DNA from: an uncultured Actinomycetota bacterium | Lineage (GTDB): Bacteria; Actinomycetota; Actinomycetes; Streptosporangiales; Streptosporangiaceae | Direction of reading: 5' to 3' | Assembly: GCA_963735415.1 (NCBI GenBank) | Contig: CAVTLB010000034.1 | Span: 127-64,126 of the forward strand | DNA length: 64,000 bases | In this document: positions 10,763-23,707 of the stretch, piece after piece | How positions within the stretch are numbered: the stretch's first letter is position 1 | Layout of the letters: every line of letters starts with the position of its first letter | Notes under the pieces: model-generated | Databases searched by the model: none | The model's input: only the letters and a program-made list of their open reading frames with translations | Told to the model about the DNA's origin: nothing | Translations under genes and position numbers: made by a program

Positions 10763-12242
10763 GTGGCGACGACTCCGGCCGTGACCAAGACCCAGGGCAC
10801 GGGGCTGAAGCGGTCCCTGTCGGTCTGGCAGGCGGTGGGGCTGTCGCTGGCGCTGATGGCACCGAGCATGGCGGCGAACATCAACCCCCAAGGGGCGTCC
10901 GGGGCGGGGCGGGCAGTGCCACTGGCGTTCCTCATCGCGGCGGTCGGCGTCCTGCTGGTCGCGTACACGTTTGTCCGGCTGTGCCAGTACTACCGGCACA
11001 GCGGGTCGGTCTACGCGTTCGTGGGGGCGACCCTCGGGCCGCGCGCCGGGGTGATCGCCGGCTGGGGGCTAGTCGGCACTTACACGTTCTACGCGGTGAC
11101 GACGGCGGCGGCCGCCGGGATCTTCGGCACCGGGCTGCTGAACACCCTTGGCATCTGGACCAGCCAGCCGACCTGGTCGCCAGTGCTCTTCGTCGGGGTG
11201 TTCCTCGCGCTGGCGCTGATCGTCGCGGCGCTGCCGGCCAAGGGCGGCACCAACGTGCTGCTCATCGTCGAGGTGTGCACCGTCGCCCTGATCCTCGTGG
11301 TCACCGTGACCGTGTTCGCCAAGCTCCTCGGGCACACCGCGCCGGGCGGCAACCACTTCACGTGGAGCGTCTTCAGCCTCCAGCAGGGCACCGGGGTCTC
11401 CGCGCTGTTCCTCGGCGTCGTGTTCGGCTTCCTGTCGTTCGCCGGCTTCGAGGCGTCCGCCACCCTCGGCGAGGAGGCGCGCAACCCCACGAAGGACATC
11501 CCGCGCGCGATCCTGTCGGTCGCGATCTTCGGCGGCATCTACTTCGTGGTGGTCACGGCGGCGGAGGTGATGGGATTTGGCACTTCGCCCGCGAGCCTGA
11601 AGGCCTTCGGCGGATCGCCGTCGCTGCTGGGTGACCTCGGCACCTCCTACGTCGGGTCCTGGGTTGGCAACATCATCACGCTGGGGACGACGATCAGCGC
11701 CTTCGGCTGCTGCCTGGCGTGCACCGTCGGCGCGGCCCGGATGATCTACGCGATGTCGCGGGACAGCTTCGGCGAGGTGGGCCTGGGCAAGGGGTCGCGG
11801 TGGGGCACGCCCGCCTACGCGACTGGCGTGGTCACCGCGACTGGCGGTCGTCATCTACGTGGTCTACGTCGCCATCTCAAGCCAGCCGTCGGCGCTGGCG
11901 ACGAACGCATTCATCTGGTCAGGCACGATCGGCACGCTCATCCTGCTCATCGCCTACCTGCTGGCCACGATCGGCATGACGCTGCTGGTGTTCGTCAAGC
12001 GGAAGATGCCGCAGGTGCCGGCATGGCAGGTGATCATCCCGATCGCCGCGATCATCGTGATCGCGTACACGCTGTACCGCAACGTCTACCCGTACCCGCC
12101 CAGGAGCAGCGACGCCTACTGGTACGCGATCGTCGCGGGCGGCTGGCTGATCGCCGCCGTCGTCGCGGTGCTGGTCGCGCCACGGACCGCCCGCAAGCTC
12201 GGCACGGCGCTGGCGACCCGCGAGGGCATCACGACGGACTAA
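10763..12242 (+). CDS. APC-family amino acid/polyamine permease (frameshift near 11845)
   Basis: SGSVYAFV, FLSFAGFEASATLGEEARNP, ARMIYAMSRD; the last TM helices continue in ORF 11859-12242. Confidence 0.88.
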
Positions 12243-12258
12243 CTCCATATCATCAGGC

Positions 12259-13636
12259 ATGGCCTCTAGCGCGACGGTCCCGCTCCCAGCCCTGTCAGAC
12301 CTGAAGCTCGACGAGCTCGAGGACGACCTCCGCGCCAAGGGAGTATCGGTCGTCGTGGGCTCGGTCGTGGACCTCGCAGGGGTGGCGCGGGCCAAGACGG
12401 TTCCGCTGCGCCGCCTCGGCTCGTTTGCCCGGTCCGGCATGGGGGCCTCGCCGACGTGGAACGTGTTTTGCATCGACGATGCGATCGCCTTCACCGACCG
12501 CTTTACGGTGGCAGGCGACCTGCGCCTGCGCCTCGATGCGGGCGCGATGCGCGTCGTCGCCGACGGCGTCGCGTGGGCGCCCGCGGAATTCACCGTGCAG
12601 GAGGGCGACAATCACCCGGTCGATACCCGCAGCCTGCTGCGCCGGGTGACCGCCGGGCTCGCCGCCGACGGATACGACCCCCTCGCTGGCTGCGAGGTCG
12701 AGTTCATCCTCTTCCCCGAGGGCGGCGCCGCCCAGGCGAGCGCGCCGTGGGCGGCGTATGGTCTCGCCTCGGTCCTTGACCCGCCCGCAGCCGGGTTCAC
12801 CCGCCGCCTCGTCGAGGATGCAGAGCAGGTGGGCCTGCCACTGGAGCAAGTTCACGCCGAGTACGGCCGGAACCAGTTCGAGATCTCGCTCGCGCCGACT
12901 GATCCGGTGACGGCGGCGGACAACGTCATCCTCGCCCGCCTGCTCATCGGGCGGGCGGCTGCCGCGGCCGGCCTCCGGGCGTCGTTCTCGCCGCTGGCCT
13001 CCCCGGACGCGAACGCCGCCAACGGTGCCCACCAGCACATGTCCCTCACTCGCGCAGGCGTCCCGGTCTTCTCGGGCGGCGACGGCCCGCACGGGCTGCG
13101 TCGCGAGGGCGGGGCCGTGATCGCGGGCATCCTGCGCCGCCTGCCGGATTTCCTCGGCTTCTACGCTGGGTCGGTGCTCTCGGGCACGCGCCTCCTGCCC
13201 GGGCACTGGTCTGGCGCGCACCTGTGCTGGGGCCTGGAGAACCGCGAGGCGGCCGTGCGCCTGTGCGCGGCCACCGCGGGCAACCCGCACGGCGCGAGCA
13301 TCGAGCTCAAGGTGGTGGATGCTTCCGCCAACCCCTACCTCGCGCTCGCCGCTCTCCTCTGGTGCGCCCACGAGGGCATCCGCCGCGACCTGCCCCTTCC
13401 GGCCGAGGTAGCCGTTAACCCCGCCGGCCTCCCGCACCAGCTGCGGGTGCCGACGCTATCCGCCTCGCAGGCCGAGGTGCTCGACGTGCTCGCGAGCTCG
13501 GCCGCGGCGACGGAGTTCGCTGGCGCCGACATCATGGAGGCACTCCTCGCCGTGCGCCGCCATGAGGTCGACTCGTACGGCCGGGCCTTGCCACCAGGAG
13601 CTGGCCGAGCGCTTCCGCTTCACCTGGTCGGTCTGA
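12259..13636 (+). CDS. Glutamine synthetase-like (gamma-glutamyl ligase) protein (frameshift near C-terminus)
   Basis: VDLAGVARAK, EVEF, HAEYGRNQFEI, NGAHQHMSL, WGLENREAAVR, IELKVVDASANPYL. Confidence 0.88.
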
Positions 13637-13642
13637 CCGCCA

Positions 13643-14808
13643 GTGAGCAAGGCATCCCAGGTCCCGATGGGCACCCCCGCGGTGCGCGCGCTCGCCGAGC
13701 ACGTTGACCCGCTGCCGCTGGTCGACCACCATGTGCACGGCGCCCTCCGTGCCATGCCGGACCGGGCGGGGTTCGAGGGCATGCTCAACGAGGGCTACCC
13801 CGGAACGCCGCCCGCATGGATGACCCCGTTCGACTCGCAGCTCGGCTTCGCGATCCGCCGCTGGTGCGCGCCCATGCTCGGCCTCGACGCGGGCGCTGAT
13901 GCCGACACGTACTGGGCCGCACGCGCCGCGCTTGGCGAGACGGAAGTCAACCGCCGGCTGCTGCCTGCCGCCGGGGTCTGTGACTGGCTCGTGGACACCG
14001 GCGATGCCGCCGCCACCGTGCTGCAGCCCGCCGAGATGGCTCAGATCAGCGGCCAGGCGCATGAGATCGTCCGCCTCGAAGCCATCGCCGAGCAGCTCGC
14101 CGCGACCGGCATCTCCGCCGCCGGCTACGCCGACGCCTTCCGCGACCGGCTCGCCGACGTTACTGGCCATGCCGTGGGAGTGAAATCGATCGTCGCCTAC
14201 CGCGCCGGCTTCGAGCTCGACTGGACACGCCCCACCGACGCGGAGGTCTCGGCAGCGGCATCCGCTTGGCTCGCCCAAGTCGGCGCCGGCGCCCCTCGCC
14301 TGACCGACCTCGTCCTGCTGCGCTTCGGCCTGTTCGCCGCGCTCGACCGTCGGCTTCCCATCCAGCTACACGTCGGCTTCGGCGACCGCGACGTTGACCT
14401 GCGTACGGCCAACCCCCTCCACCTGCGCAAGTTCCTCTTCGCCGCAGAATCCGCGGACGTGCCTGTGCTTCTGCTGCACTGCTATCCCTTTGAACGCGAA
14501 GCCGGCTACCTGGCCCAGGCCTTCACGAACGTCTACCTCGACGTCGGCCTCGCTATCAACTACGTTGGCGCCCGCGCTGACGCGATCGTCGCGCACACCC
14601 TCGAGATGGCGCCCTTCACGAAGGTGCTCTACTCCTCTGATGCCTGGGGCCCGCCGAGCTGCACTACCTCGGCGCCGTCTTCTGGCGGCGCGCCACCGCG
14701 CGCGTGCTCGGCGGCTGGGTCGAGGAAGGCGACTGGACCGCGGCCGACGCTCGCCGCGTCGTCGGCCTCATCGCCTCGGGCAACGCCCGCCGCGCCTACC
14801 GGCTCTAG
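13643..14808 (+). CDS. Amidohydrolase-superfamily protein, FluG N-domain-like (frameshift near 14650)
   Basis: LVDHHVH, KSIVAYR, IQLHVGFGD, LLLHCYP, KVLYSSDA; the shifted frame ends GNARRAYRL. Confidence 0.85.
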
Positions 14809-14991
14809 CCCGGCACGACCCTGCTGCGACGTGCCCGGCGCGGCCACCGCTGGGACGAACTCCAGCGTCGGGATGGGGTCGGCCGCCGTGCCCACACTGG
14901 TCCGGTCCCTGCCCCGGCTGCCGCGATAAGCCTCGGCTCAGGTTTCTGGGCCAGCACTGCATGCCCGTGAACGGCCGGTTAGGGTGCACTG

Positions 14992-15961
14992 GTGAAGGTC
15001 GTGATTCCGGGCGGGACGGGGCAGGTGGGCACCGCCCTCGGGCGGGCGCTGCGAGGCGACGGGCACGAGGTCGTGGTGCTCACGCGGCGGGCCGGCGGGG
15101 AGGGGCAGGTCTCCTGGGACGGCGAGCGGCTGGGGCCGTGGGCGCGTGAGGTGGACGGCAGCGACGTCGTCATCAACCTCGCCGGGCGCAGCGTCAGTTG
15201 CCGCTACACCAAGGGGAACCTGACCGAGATGATGCGCTCGCGGGTGCGATCGGCGCGCGTGGTGGGCCAGGCCATCGCCGCCGCGAGCCGCCCGCCGCGA
15301 GCCTGGCTGCAGATGAGCACCGCGACGATTTACGCGCACACCCACGAGGCTCCCAACGACGAGGTCACGGGCGTTATCGGCGGCTCGGAGGACGGCGTCC
15401 CCGGTTACTGGGCGTTCAGCGTTGACATCGCCCAGGCGTGGGAGCGTGAGCTCGACGAGGCGAAGGTCCCGGCGACCCGCAAGGTCGCGCTGCGGGCCGC
15501 GATGGTGATGACCCCCGACAAGGGCGGGGTGTTCGACGTGCTGTCGCGAATGGTGCGCCTGGGACTGGGCGGCCCGGTCGCCGGCGGCGAGCAGTACGTG
15601 TCGTGGATCCACGAGGACGACTTCACCGCCGCGGTCCGCTTCATCATTGACCAGGACGTCCGTGACCGGGCCGGTCAACCTCGCCGCCCCCGGGCCAGTG
15701 CGGCAGCGTGACCTCATGCGGGAGCTGCGGGCCGCGTGGGGCGTCCCCGTCGGGCTTCCGGCTACCCGGTGGATGGCCGAGCTCGGCGCGCTCGCTCTCC
15801 GCTCCGACACCGAGCTGCTGCTCAAGAGCCGACGAGTCGTCCCGGGCCTGCTGACCGCCGCCGGATTCGAGTTCCGGCACGGCACGTGGCCGGAGGCCGC
15901 CCGTGACCTGGTCCGGCGCTCGAGGCGCCGCGCCGCCCCCGGAACACGCCGCCGCTGGTGA
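14992..15961 (+). CDS. TIGR01777/YfcH-type NAD-dependent epimerase (frameshift near 15655)
   Basis: KVVIPGGTGQVG, VINLAGRSV, GEQYVSWIHEDD, GPVNLAAP, LLKSRRVVP. Confidence 0.85.
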
Positions 15962-16257
15962 CCGGCTAAGCACGCCCAAGCCGGACGTCTCGCGCGAGCG
16001 CGCCGGCCGCTGCCGTGGCAAGCATCAGGTGCCACAGGATTACCGGCAGCCACGTGGCCAGCGGCAACGCCGTGGCCCAGAGGGCCACAACCCACACCTG
16101 CGGCGCGCCGAACCGTGACCCACGACGTTCCCGCCCCGAGCTGCCGATGCGGCCGGGCGCGAGCGCTCGAAGCGGCGATAGGCGTTAGCTCGCGCAGCCC
16201 GGTCGGCCGTCATCCCGGGAGCCGGGGCCTCTATTAGTGGCGGTTCCTGCCAGTCAG

Positions 16258-16301
16258 TGGTAACCTCCAGTTGACAGTTACCTCTTTTTGAATGTTACCT
16301 T
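16258..16301 (+). promoter_or_regulatory. Putative MFS promoter with GTTACC/GGTAAC half-sites
   Basis: AT-rich patch with TTGACA at 16271, flanked by one GGTAAC and two GTTACC copies; a TetR gene is in the operon. Confidence 0.4.
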
Positions 16302-16319
16302 CTCACGGGGGAAGCCACC

Positions 16320-17862
16320 ATGCATGCTGCCGGATCGCGCAAGTGGCTGGCGCTAGGCGCGGTCAACCTGTGCGTCTTGGCCGTGACCGTGGACGGTACC
16401 GTCTTGTCGGTCGCCTTGCCGCAGCTGGCAAAGGCCCTGTCCGCCACGGAGTCGGACCTGCAGTGGTTCCTGTCCGGCTACCTGCTGACACTCGCGGCCG
16501 GCGTGCTCCCGGCCGGCCTGGCCGGAGACAGGTATGGCAGGAAGAAGGTGATGCTCGCGTCACTGGTGGTCTTCGGTGCCGGGTCAGTACTGTGCGCTTA
16601 TGCATCCTCACCTGCCGTTTTCCTGACCGCGAGGCTGCTTATGGGACTGGCGGGCCGGGATCACGGTCATGGCGATGTCGGCTCTCACCGTTCTGTTCGA
16701 TGACCGCGACCGGGCCAGGGCAGTGGGAATCTACGAGGTCGCCAACTTCCTCGGCCTGCCGATCGGGCCGCTTCTCGGCGGCTGGATGCTGGCGCACCTG
16801 TGGTGGGGCTGGGTATTTCTCATCAATGTTCCCGTCGTCGCGATCGGGCTTGTCATCGGCTTCATCCTGGTACCGGAATCGCGCGCCGACGAGCGTCCCG
16901 ACCTCGACATGACAGGCACGATCTCATCCGTCACCGGACTCGTGGCGCTGACCTACGGCCTGATCGAAGCGGGCCAGCGAGGCTGGAGCGCGCCTATCAC
17001 GCTGACGCTTATCGCGGGGGGCATCGCGATACTGGGCGGGTTCCTCGCCTGGGAACGGCGGCTCGACCGCCGTGGCGGCATGCCGATGATCCACCCCGCC
17101 CTGTTCCGGTCCCGGGCGTTTACCTGGGGAGCCATCCTGGGCGGGGTGGCAGGGCTGGGCCTGGCGGGACTACTGTTTACCATGCCGCAGTACTTCCAGG
17201 CAGTGCAGGGAGCCGATGCATTCGGGGCTGGCCTCCGGATGCTTCCTTTCATCATCGGCCTTATCCTTGGCGCGTTGCCCGCCAGCCTGCTCGCGAAGAC
17301 GATCGGCATCCGGTTTACCATCGCGCTCGGCTTTGTCGTGGCCGCGGCGGGTGCCTGGGTCGGCACCGCCACAAGCGCGGTCTCGGCCACCATCTTCGTC
17401 GCGGGCTGGATGGCGGTCTTGTGCGCCGGCGTTGGGCTGGCCCTGACCGCGGCTACCTCGGCCGCGCTGTCTGAGCTGCCGGTTGAACGCAGCGGGATTG
17501 GCTCCGCGGTGGTCCAGACATTCCAGAAGACCTGTGCTCCGCTTGGGAGTGCCATTATGGGAAGCCTGCTCTCCGCGTCCTATCAGGCGCATCTCGGCCA
17601 TACCCGGCTCCCGCGCGTCGGCGCTCCGGCGATCCGCCAGAGCGTCTACAGCGGGGTCGCCATCGCCACCCGGCTTGGCTCGGCGTCGCTCGTTCGCGCG
17701 ATCCGGGACGCCTTCGCGTACGGACTGGACATCTCGCTGTTCGCCACGGCCGGTATCGCCCTCGCCGGCCTCATCCTGACCCTGGCGTTCGTGTCCCGGC
17801 ACAAGGCCGACAAGGGTGCCGCTCCGGCGATCGTAGAAGGCTCTCATGCGAGCAGGAACTAA
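16320..17862 (+). CDS. DHA2-family MFS efflux transporter (frameshift near 16655)
   Basis: DGTVLSVALP, GLAGDRYGRK, WGWVFLINVP; many TM segments. Confidence 0.88.
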
Positions 17863-18460
17863 CCCGGCTGATCCCGGCGCGCGAGAGAGCCTGCGAGAGA
17901 GGAAGAAAGCACGAACTCGTGCCGCCATACAGTCCAATGCCCTGCGGCTATTCCGCGAGCAGGGCTACGACGCGACCACGGTCGAGCAGATCATCGAAGC
18001 CGCGGAAGTCTCCGAGAGCACGTTCTTCCGATACTTCCCCGCTAAAGAGGACCTAGTACTCCGGGACGAGTACGACCCGGTGATCATGGCGGCATATCAG
18101 GGGCAGTCGCCCGACCTGCCGCCGATCCAGGCCATGCGGGCCACGTTCGCGGCGCTGTTCGGCGGCATGACGGACGAGCAGCGGGCCGAGCAGCAGGAGC
18201 GGGTCGCTCTCTGCCTTGCTGTCCCCGCACTGCGAGCGGCGATGCTCGATCAGTTTTCACGAACGATGCAGTTCCTCGCCGATGCCATAGCCGCTCGCGC
18301 CGGGCGCAGTCCCGATGACTTCGCCGTTCGCACCATCGCCGGAGCGGTCATCGGGATCATGATGGCTGTCCTGGCCGAAATGGCCGAGAACCCGGAGGCC
18401 GATCTGGCGGCGCTCATCGATAAGGGCCTGGTGAATCTCGAATCCGGCTTTAAGCTGTGA
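17846..18460 (+). CDS. TetR-family transcriptional regulator
   Basis: SLRERKKARTR...GYDATTVEQIIEAAEVSESTFFRYFPAKEDL. Confidence 0.92.
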   Translation: MRAGTNPADPGARESLRERKKARTRAAIQSNALRLFREQGYDATTVEQIIEAAEVSESTFFRYFPAKEDLVLRDEYDPVIMAAYQGQSPDLPPIQAMRATFAALFGGMTDEQRAEQQERVALCLAVPALRAAMLDQFSRTMQFLADAIAARAGRSPDDFAVRTIAGAVIGIMMAVLAEMAENPEADLAALIDKGLVNLESGFKL

Positions 18461-18663
18461 ATGGTCACGGCAAGGACGCCGGGGGCAGTCCTGGGTGTCG
18501 AGCAGCTTCCACTCGCCCTCCTGCAGGATCTACTCCTGCACGACGAAGTGGTCCTCGTCGTGGCCTCGTTTCCCGGCTGGCAATCCGCGCTGTCCCGCTA
18601 TCCCCTACACGCGCGGCGGGCCAGCACGGCCCATCGTGCCGGTGCACCTGGCTAGTTGCCGGG

Positions 18664-19836
18664 CTAGAGCAGCGTCATCCGCTGCGTGACGAGCGTGACC
18701 GCGCCGAGCACCTGCGCCTGCTCGCCGAGAGTCCCGGCGACCACCCGGACCGGGTGCTCGCGTAGCGGTGTCATGGCCGTGGCCAGCGCGTCGCGCACGG
18801 CGTCCAGCAGGGCAGCGCCCGCTTGCGAGGTCTCCCCGCCGATGATGACGAGTGCGGGGTCGAGCACGGTGCAGATGCCGGCGAGGGCAGCACCGATGGC
18901 GCGGCCGGCGTCGGCTACCACGCGCCGGACCCCGGGGTCGCCGGCCGCGGCCAGGTCAATGACGTCGCGGAGGGTGGTGCGCGCGCCCCGGGTGAGCGTC
19001 AGCGCCGTGGTGAGGGCGCGCGCCCCGGCAATTGTCTCCAGGCAGCCGCGGTTGCCGCAGCGGCACACGTAGCCGTTGGGGACCACGGTGACGTGCCCGA
19101 GTTCGCCGGCGCGCCCCGTGAGCCCCTCATAGAGCCGGCCGCCGAGGAAGAGTCCCGCGCCGACCCCGTCAGAAAGCATCACGTACAAGAAGTGGTCGGT
19201 GCCCTGAGCGGCACCGAAGCGGCGTTCAGCGATGGCACCGAGGTTCGCGTCGTTGCCGACCTCGACATGCAGGCCGGTCCGGCGCTCAAGGTCACCTGCC
19301 ACGTCAATGGCCCGCCAGTCCGGCAATATCGGCCCGGCGGCAACCGCGCCGGTGGCCGACGACGTGGGAGCCGAGAGCGCCACGCCGAGACCTGCGATCG
19401 CATCCGGCTTCAGCCCGGCCCGGCCGATGAGATCGAGCGCGGCCACCGCGGTGTAGGCAAGCGCTTCCGTCGGCTCGTGGTCGACGTTGAGCTCGGCGGA
19501 CCTTTCGGCGAGAACGTTGCCCGCCAGGTCGGTCAGCCCGAGGTGGACGTGATCGTGGGCCAGGTGCACCCCTACCGCGCCACCGCGCGCAGGGTTGAAG
19601 GTCAGCAGCGTCGCAGGGCGGCCACTATGCGTGATAGCTTCCGGTCGCTCGGCGAGCTCCACGATGACGCCTTCGTGCACCAGGACGCGGACCAGGTCCG
19701 AGACGGTCGTGGTGGAAAGGCCAGTCTGCCGGGCGATCTCGGGCCGGCTCGTGGTGCCGTGCTGACGGAGCACTTCCAGTACCCGCCGCCGATTGCCCTG
19801 GCGCAGCCCGGTGAGGGACCCCGGCGAGAGTTGCAT
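18664..19836 (-). CDS. ROK-family transcriptional repressor
   Basis: N-terminal HTH (SRPEIARQTGLSTTTVS), NDANLGAIAE, GELGH, CRCGNRGCLE. Confidence 0.92.
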   Translation of the reverse strand: MQLSPGSLTGLRQGNRRRVLEVLRQHGTTSRPEIARQTGLSTTTVSDLVRVLVHEGVIVELAERPEAITHSGRPATLLTFNPARGGAVGVHLAHDHVHLGLTDLAGNVLAERSAELNVDHEPTEALAYTAVAALDLIGRAGLKPDAIAGLGVALSAPTSSATGAVAAGPILPDWRAIDVAGDLERRTGLHVEVGNDANLGAIAERRFGAAQGTDHFLYVMLSDGVGAGLFLGGRLYEGLTGRAGELGHVTVVPNGYVCRCGNRGCLETIAGARALTTALTLTRGARTTLRDVIDLAAAGDPGVRRVVADAGRAIGAALAGICTVLDPALVIIGGETSQAGAALLDAVRDALATAMTPLREHPVRVVAGTLGEQAQVLGAVTLVTQRMTLL

Positions 19837-19903
19837 GACCGGATTGTAGCCGGGACGCGGACGATTGTGCGGGCTGCGGAAGAACCGCACGTCAATCTCG
19901 GTA

Positions 19904-19941
19904 GATTAATCCTTGACCCGGATAAATCAGAAGTCTAGTGT
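19904..19941 (+). promoter_or_regulatory. Housekeeping-sigma promoter overlapped by a ROK-type operator
   Basis: TTGACC(19913)-N17-TAGTGT(19936). The imperfect inverted repeat GATTAATCC-N7-GGATAAATC straddles the -35. Confidence 0.65.
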
Positions 19942-20036
19942 TCTTAGCGTCGCAAACAACTTCACAACGGTGTGATGACGTGTGATGACGTGCGGCGCAG
20001 ATCCGGTGACCTACCCCCCGGGGAGATCGGAGAGCG

Positions 20037-23000
20037 ATGCGCTATGCGCAAATGGGTGTTCCCGCTTACCGTGGCCAGCGTAATGCTGGCCGGCGTGCTC
20101 AGCGGGGCGAATCTTGCCTTGGCCTGACGCGTCCGCGTCGGCCGCCACCTCGGCGTCGGCCGCGACGAGCGTGCCGATCTATCTCAATCCCGCCTACTCG
20201 CCGACTGAGCGCGCCGTCGACCTGGTGTCGCGGATGACCCTGGCGGAAAAGGCCGCGCAGATGGACAGTAGCCGTCCGCCTGCCATTGCCCGCCTGGGAG
20301 TCGCGGCCTGGGGCTGGTGGAACGAGTCCAATCACGGCGTCAACGCGCTGACCGCGACGCCGTCCGGCAATGCGACGACCGTCACCAACACCACGTCGTA
20401 CCCGTCGGACCTATCGATGGGCAGCACATGGAATCCCGCCCTCGTCTACCAAGAGGCCGGGATGATCGGCGACGAGGCCCGCGAGGTCGCGCCGAACAAC
20501 ACCGAGAACCTCGACTTCTACGCGCCGACGGTGAACCTGTCGCGTGACCCGCGGTGGGGCCGCAACGATGAGTCCTGGAGCGAGGACCCGACGCTTACGG
20601 CCGACCTCGCCTCCCAGTACGTCGACGGACTGCAGGGCGAAACGCCGCAAGGCGTGCTGCCGCCGTCGGCCAACGGCTACTACAAGGCGATCGCGACCCT
20701 CAAGCACTACGCGGCCAACAACAGCGAGGTCAACCGGCGTACCGGTTCGTCGGACATGGACCAGCGCACGCTGCATGAGTACTACACCGCCCAGTTCGCC
20801 AGCATCATCCAGCAGAGCCACCCCGGCTCGATCATGAGCTCGTACAACGAGGTGAACGGGGTGCCCGCCGCGGCGAACGTCCAGTTGATGGACACCATGG
20901 CCCGCGAGACGTTCGGGTTCAACGGCTACTTCACCAGTGACTGCGACGCCATCTACGAGATCCAGGCCGGCCACCAATGGCAGCCGCCGCAGGCGACCGC
21001 GCCGCTGGACCAGTACGGGCGCACCGCCTTCGCCAACTCCGCGGGCGAGGACCTGGACTGCAACGCCGGCTACTCCGACCAGTACAACTACGGCAACACG
21101 ATCCCGACCGCGATCGCCCAGCACATCACCACCCAGACCGACGTCTACAACGTCGGCGATGTCGACACCTCGGTCGTGCGCCTCTTCACGGCCCGGATCG
21201 AGACCGGCGAGTTCGACTCCGAGGCCCGGGTGCCGTGGGTGCGGCAGGCCCGCGCGAGCCTCGGCGAGACCACCTGGGTCGACAGCAACGCCAACAACGC
21301 CGTGACCGAGACCCCGGCCCGGCTGGCGCAGGCACGCGCATCCGCCGACCAGAGCATCGTGCTGCTCAAGAACTCGCCCGTCAACGGCAGCGCCGCTGCT
21401 GCCGCTTAAGGTTCCGGCCTCCGGCCCGTACAAGGTCGCGGTCGTGGGCTACTACGCGAACCCGAGCGGCGGCCTTTTCCTCGGTGGCTACTCGAGCATT
21501 CAGGGTGCGGCCGGGCAGGCCAAGGAGGTCAACGCCTACCAGGGCATCAAGGCGGCTGTCCAGGCGATTGACCCAGACGCCACCGTCGACTACCTGCCCG
21601 GCGTCACCGGCGGGACGACCGGGGCGACGCTGACCACAGTGGACCAGGCCTCGATTAACGCGGCGGCGAACTACGACGCCGTCATTGTCGTGGCGGGCAC
21701 CGACTCCAGCACCTCGGCCGAGGATCACGACCGGACCTCGCTCGCCTTGCCGGGCGCGCAGGCGTCGATGATCAGCCAGGTGGAGGCGGCCAACCCGAAC
21801 ACGATCGTCTACCTGGAGACGGTCGGCGAAGTGGACCTGTCCGGGTTCCAGTCCTCGACACCGACGCTGCTGTGGAGCTCCTACAACGGCGAGGAGCAAG
21901 GCAGCGCGCTGGCCGACGTCCTGCTCGGCAAGGTCAACCCGAGCGGCCACCTGCCCTTCACCTGGTACGCCAACGACAGCCAGATACCGGCGATCACGGA
22001 CTACAACATCCGCCCGACCGCGACGACCGACGGGCGCACGTACGAGTACTTCACCGGCGACGTCAGCTACCCGTTCGGCTACGGGCTGAGCTACGACAAC
22101 TTCGGTTACTCCGACATCCACGTCGACCCGGAAGCGGTGACGGCCGACGGCACCATCCGGGTCACGGCGAAGGTCACGAACAAGGGAGCCACCGTGGGCG
22201 CCACGGTGCCCCAGCTCTACGTCACCACGCCGTTTGAGCCGGCCTCGGCGCAGCGGCCAGCTCAAGCGCCTGGAGGGATTCGACAAGGTCACTCTCCAGC
22301 CGGGTGAGACCAAGACCGTCAGCTTCAACGTGAAGGCGTCGGCGCTGGCATTCTGGAACGAGAGCGAGAACAAGTACGTCGTCGATTCCGGCGATTACGG
22401 CTTGCAGGTCAGCGCCTCAAGCGCGGACGCTGACATCAAGCTGACCGGTTCGGTGAAGGTCATCGGGCACACCGTCGAGACCCCGGCGGTCGTGACCGCC
22501 AAGCCGGTCGAGACGGGCGACGCGAGCAATCACGTCGCGCAGCGGGTGATGTTCGACGTCAACACCACCATCGACCCGCAGCTGACCGTGTCCATGAACG
22601 ACCAGAGCCTGTACGGCTACATCACCGAGGGCCAGAGCACGCCGCTGCCCCGCGGGCTGCACGTGTCGTACTCCTCCAACCGGCCAGATGTCGTCCGGGT
22701 TGAGCGGGACACGCTGCGCACCGTGGGGAGCGGCATCGCCACGATCACCGCTACCGTGCGGTACCACGGCGGCGAGGCGTCGACCACCTTCACGGTCGAC
22801 GTCGCGCCCCTTCAGTTCACGTCCAACCCAACGACGGTCTTCCAGGCAGGCAGCACGGGCACCTTCACCGTGTCGACTGACTCGATGCCGACGGCGACGC
22901 TGACGGAGTCGGGAGCGCTACCCGCGGGCGTGACGTTCACGGACAACGGTGACGGGACGGCCACCATCGCAGGCACCGCGCCCTCGGCAACCGGAACTTT

Positions 23001-23697
23001 CCCGATCATCATTACCGCGAAGAACGGCGTGTCGCCGGCCGTGACGCAGAAGTTCACGCTCTACGTCGGCAGCGAGCCCGCGATCACGTCGAGTTCTTCG
23101 GCAGTGTTCACCGTCGGGTCGGCCGGAACCTTCACCGTGGCAACCAGCGGCTTCCCGAAGCCTGCCATCACCGAGTCCGGGGCCCTTCCCACGGGCGTCA
23201 CGTTCACCGACAACGGCGACGGGACGGCGACGCTGGCGGGTACCCCCGCGAGCGGAACGGCCGGCGCCTACTCGGTCACCCTCACGGCGGATAACGGGCT
23301 GACGCCCGCCACGCAGGCGCTGACGCTGACGGCGATCAACAACGCGCCAACCTCCACGACCGCGGTGCTGGCCGGCACGGACGTCGCGACGATCAGCTTC
23401 GGGACGTTCCACTTCAGCATCCCGCTGACTGGCATCGCCGTGCACCTCGTCGCGGTCGGCTCCACCTCGGATGCCGTGCCCTCGGTCACGACCGCCAGCA
23501 ATGGATTCTACGAGTTCGATAACGTCCCGCCCGGCACCTACCAGGTCGAGTTCGTTGATCCAACCGGCAAGTACAGTCCGCAGTGGTACAACGGCACGGC
23601 CACCGGATCGCCCAACCAGGCAGGCGCGTCGACGGTGACCCTCACCGCAGGCAACGCCACGGCGGGAATCAACGCCTCGCAGCCCTTCCATAACTAA
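20037..23697 (+). CDS. Secreted GH3 beta-glycosidase with Fn3-like and Ig-like C-terminal domains (frameshifts near 20050-20125, 21395 and 22255)
   Basis: RMTLAEKAAQ, RDPRWGRNDE, KHYAANN, FTSDCDAI, NPSGHLPFTW, YPFGYGLSY; two ESGALPxGVTFTDNGDGTAT repeats. Confidence 0.9.
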
Positions 23698-23707
23698 TCA
23701 GAATCGC

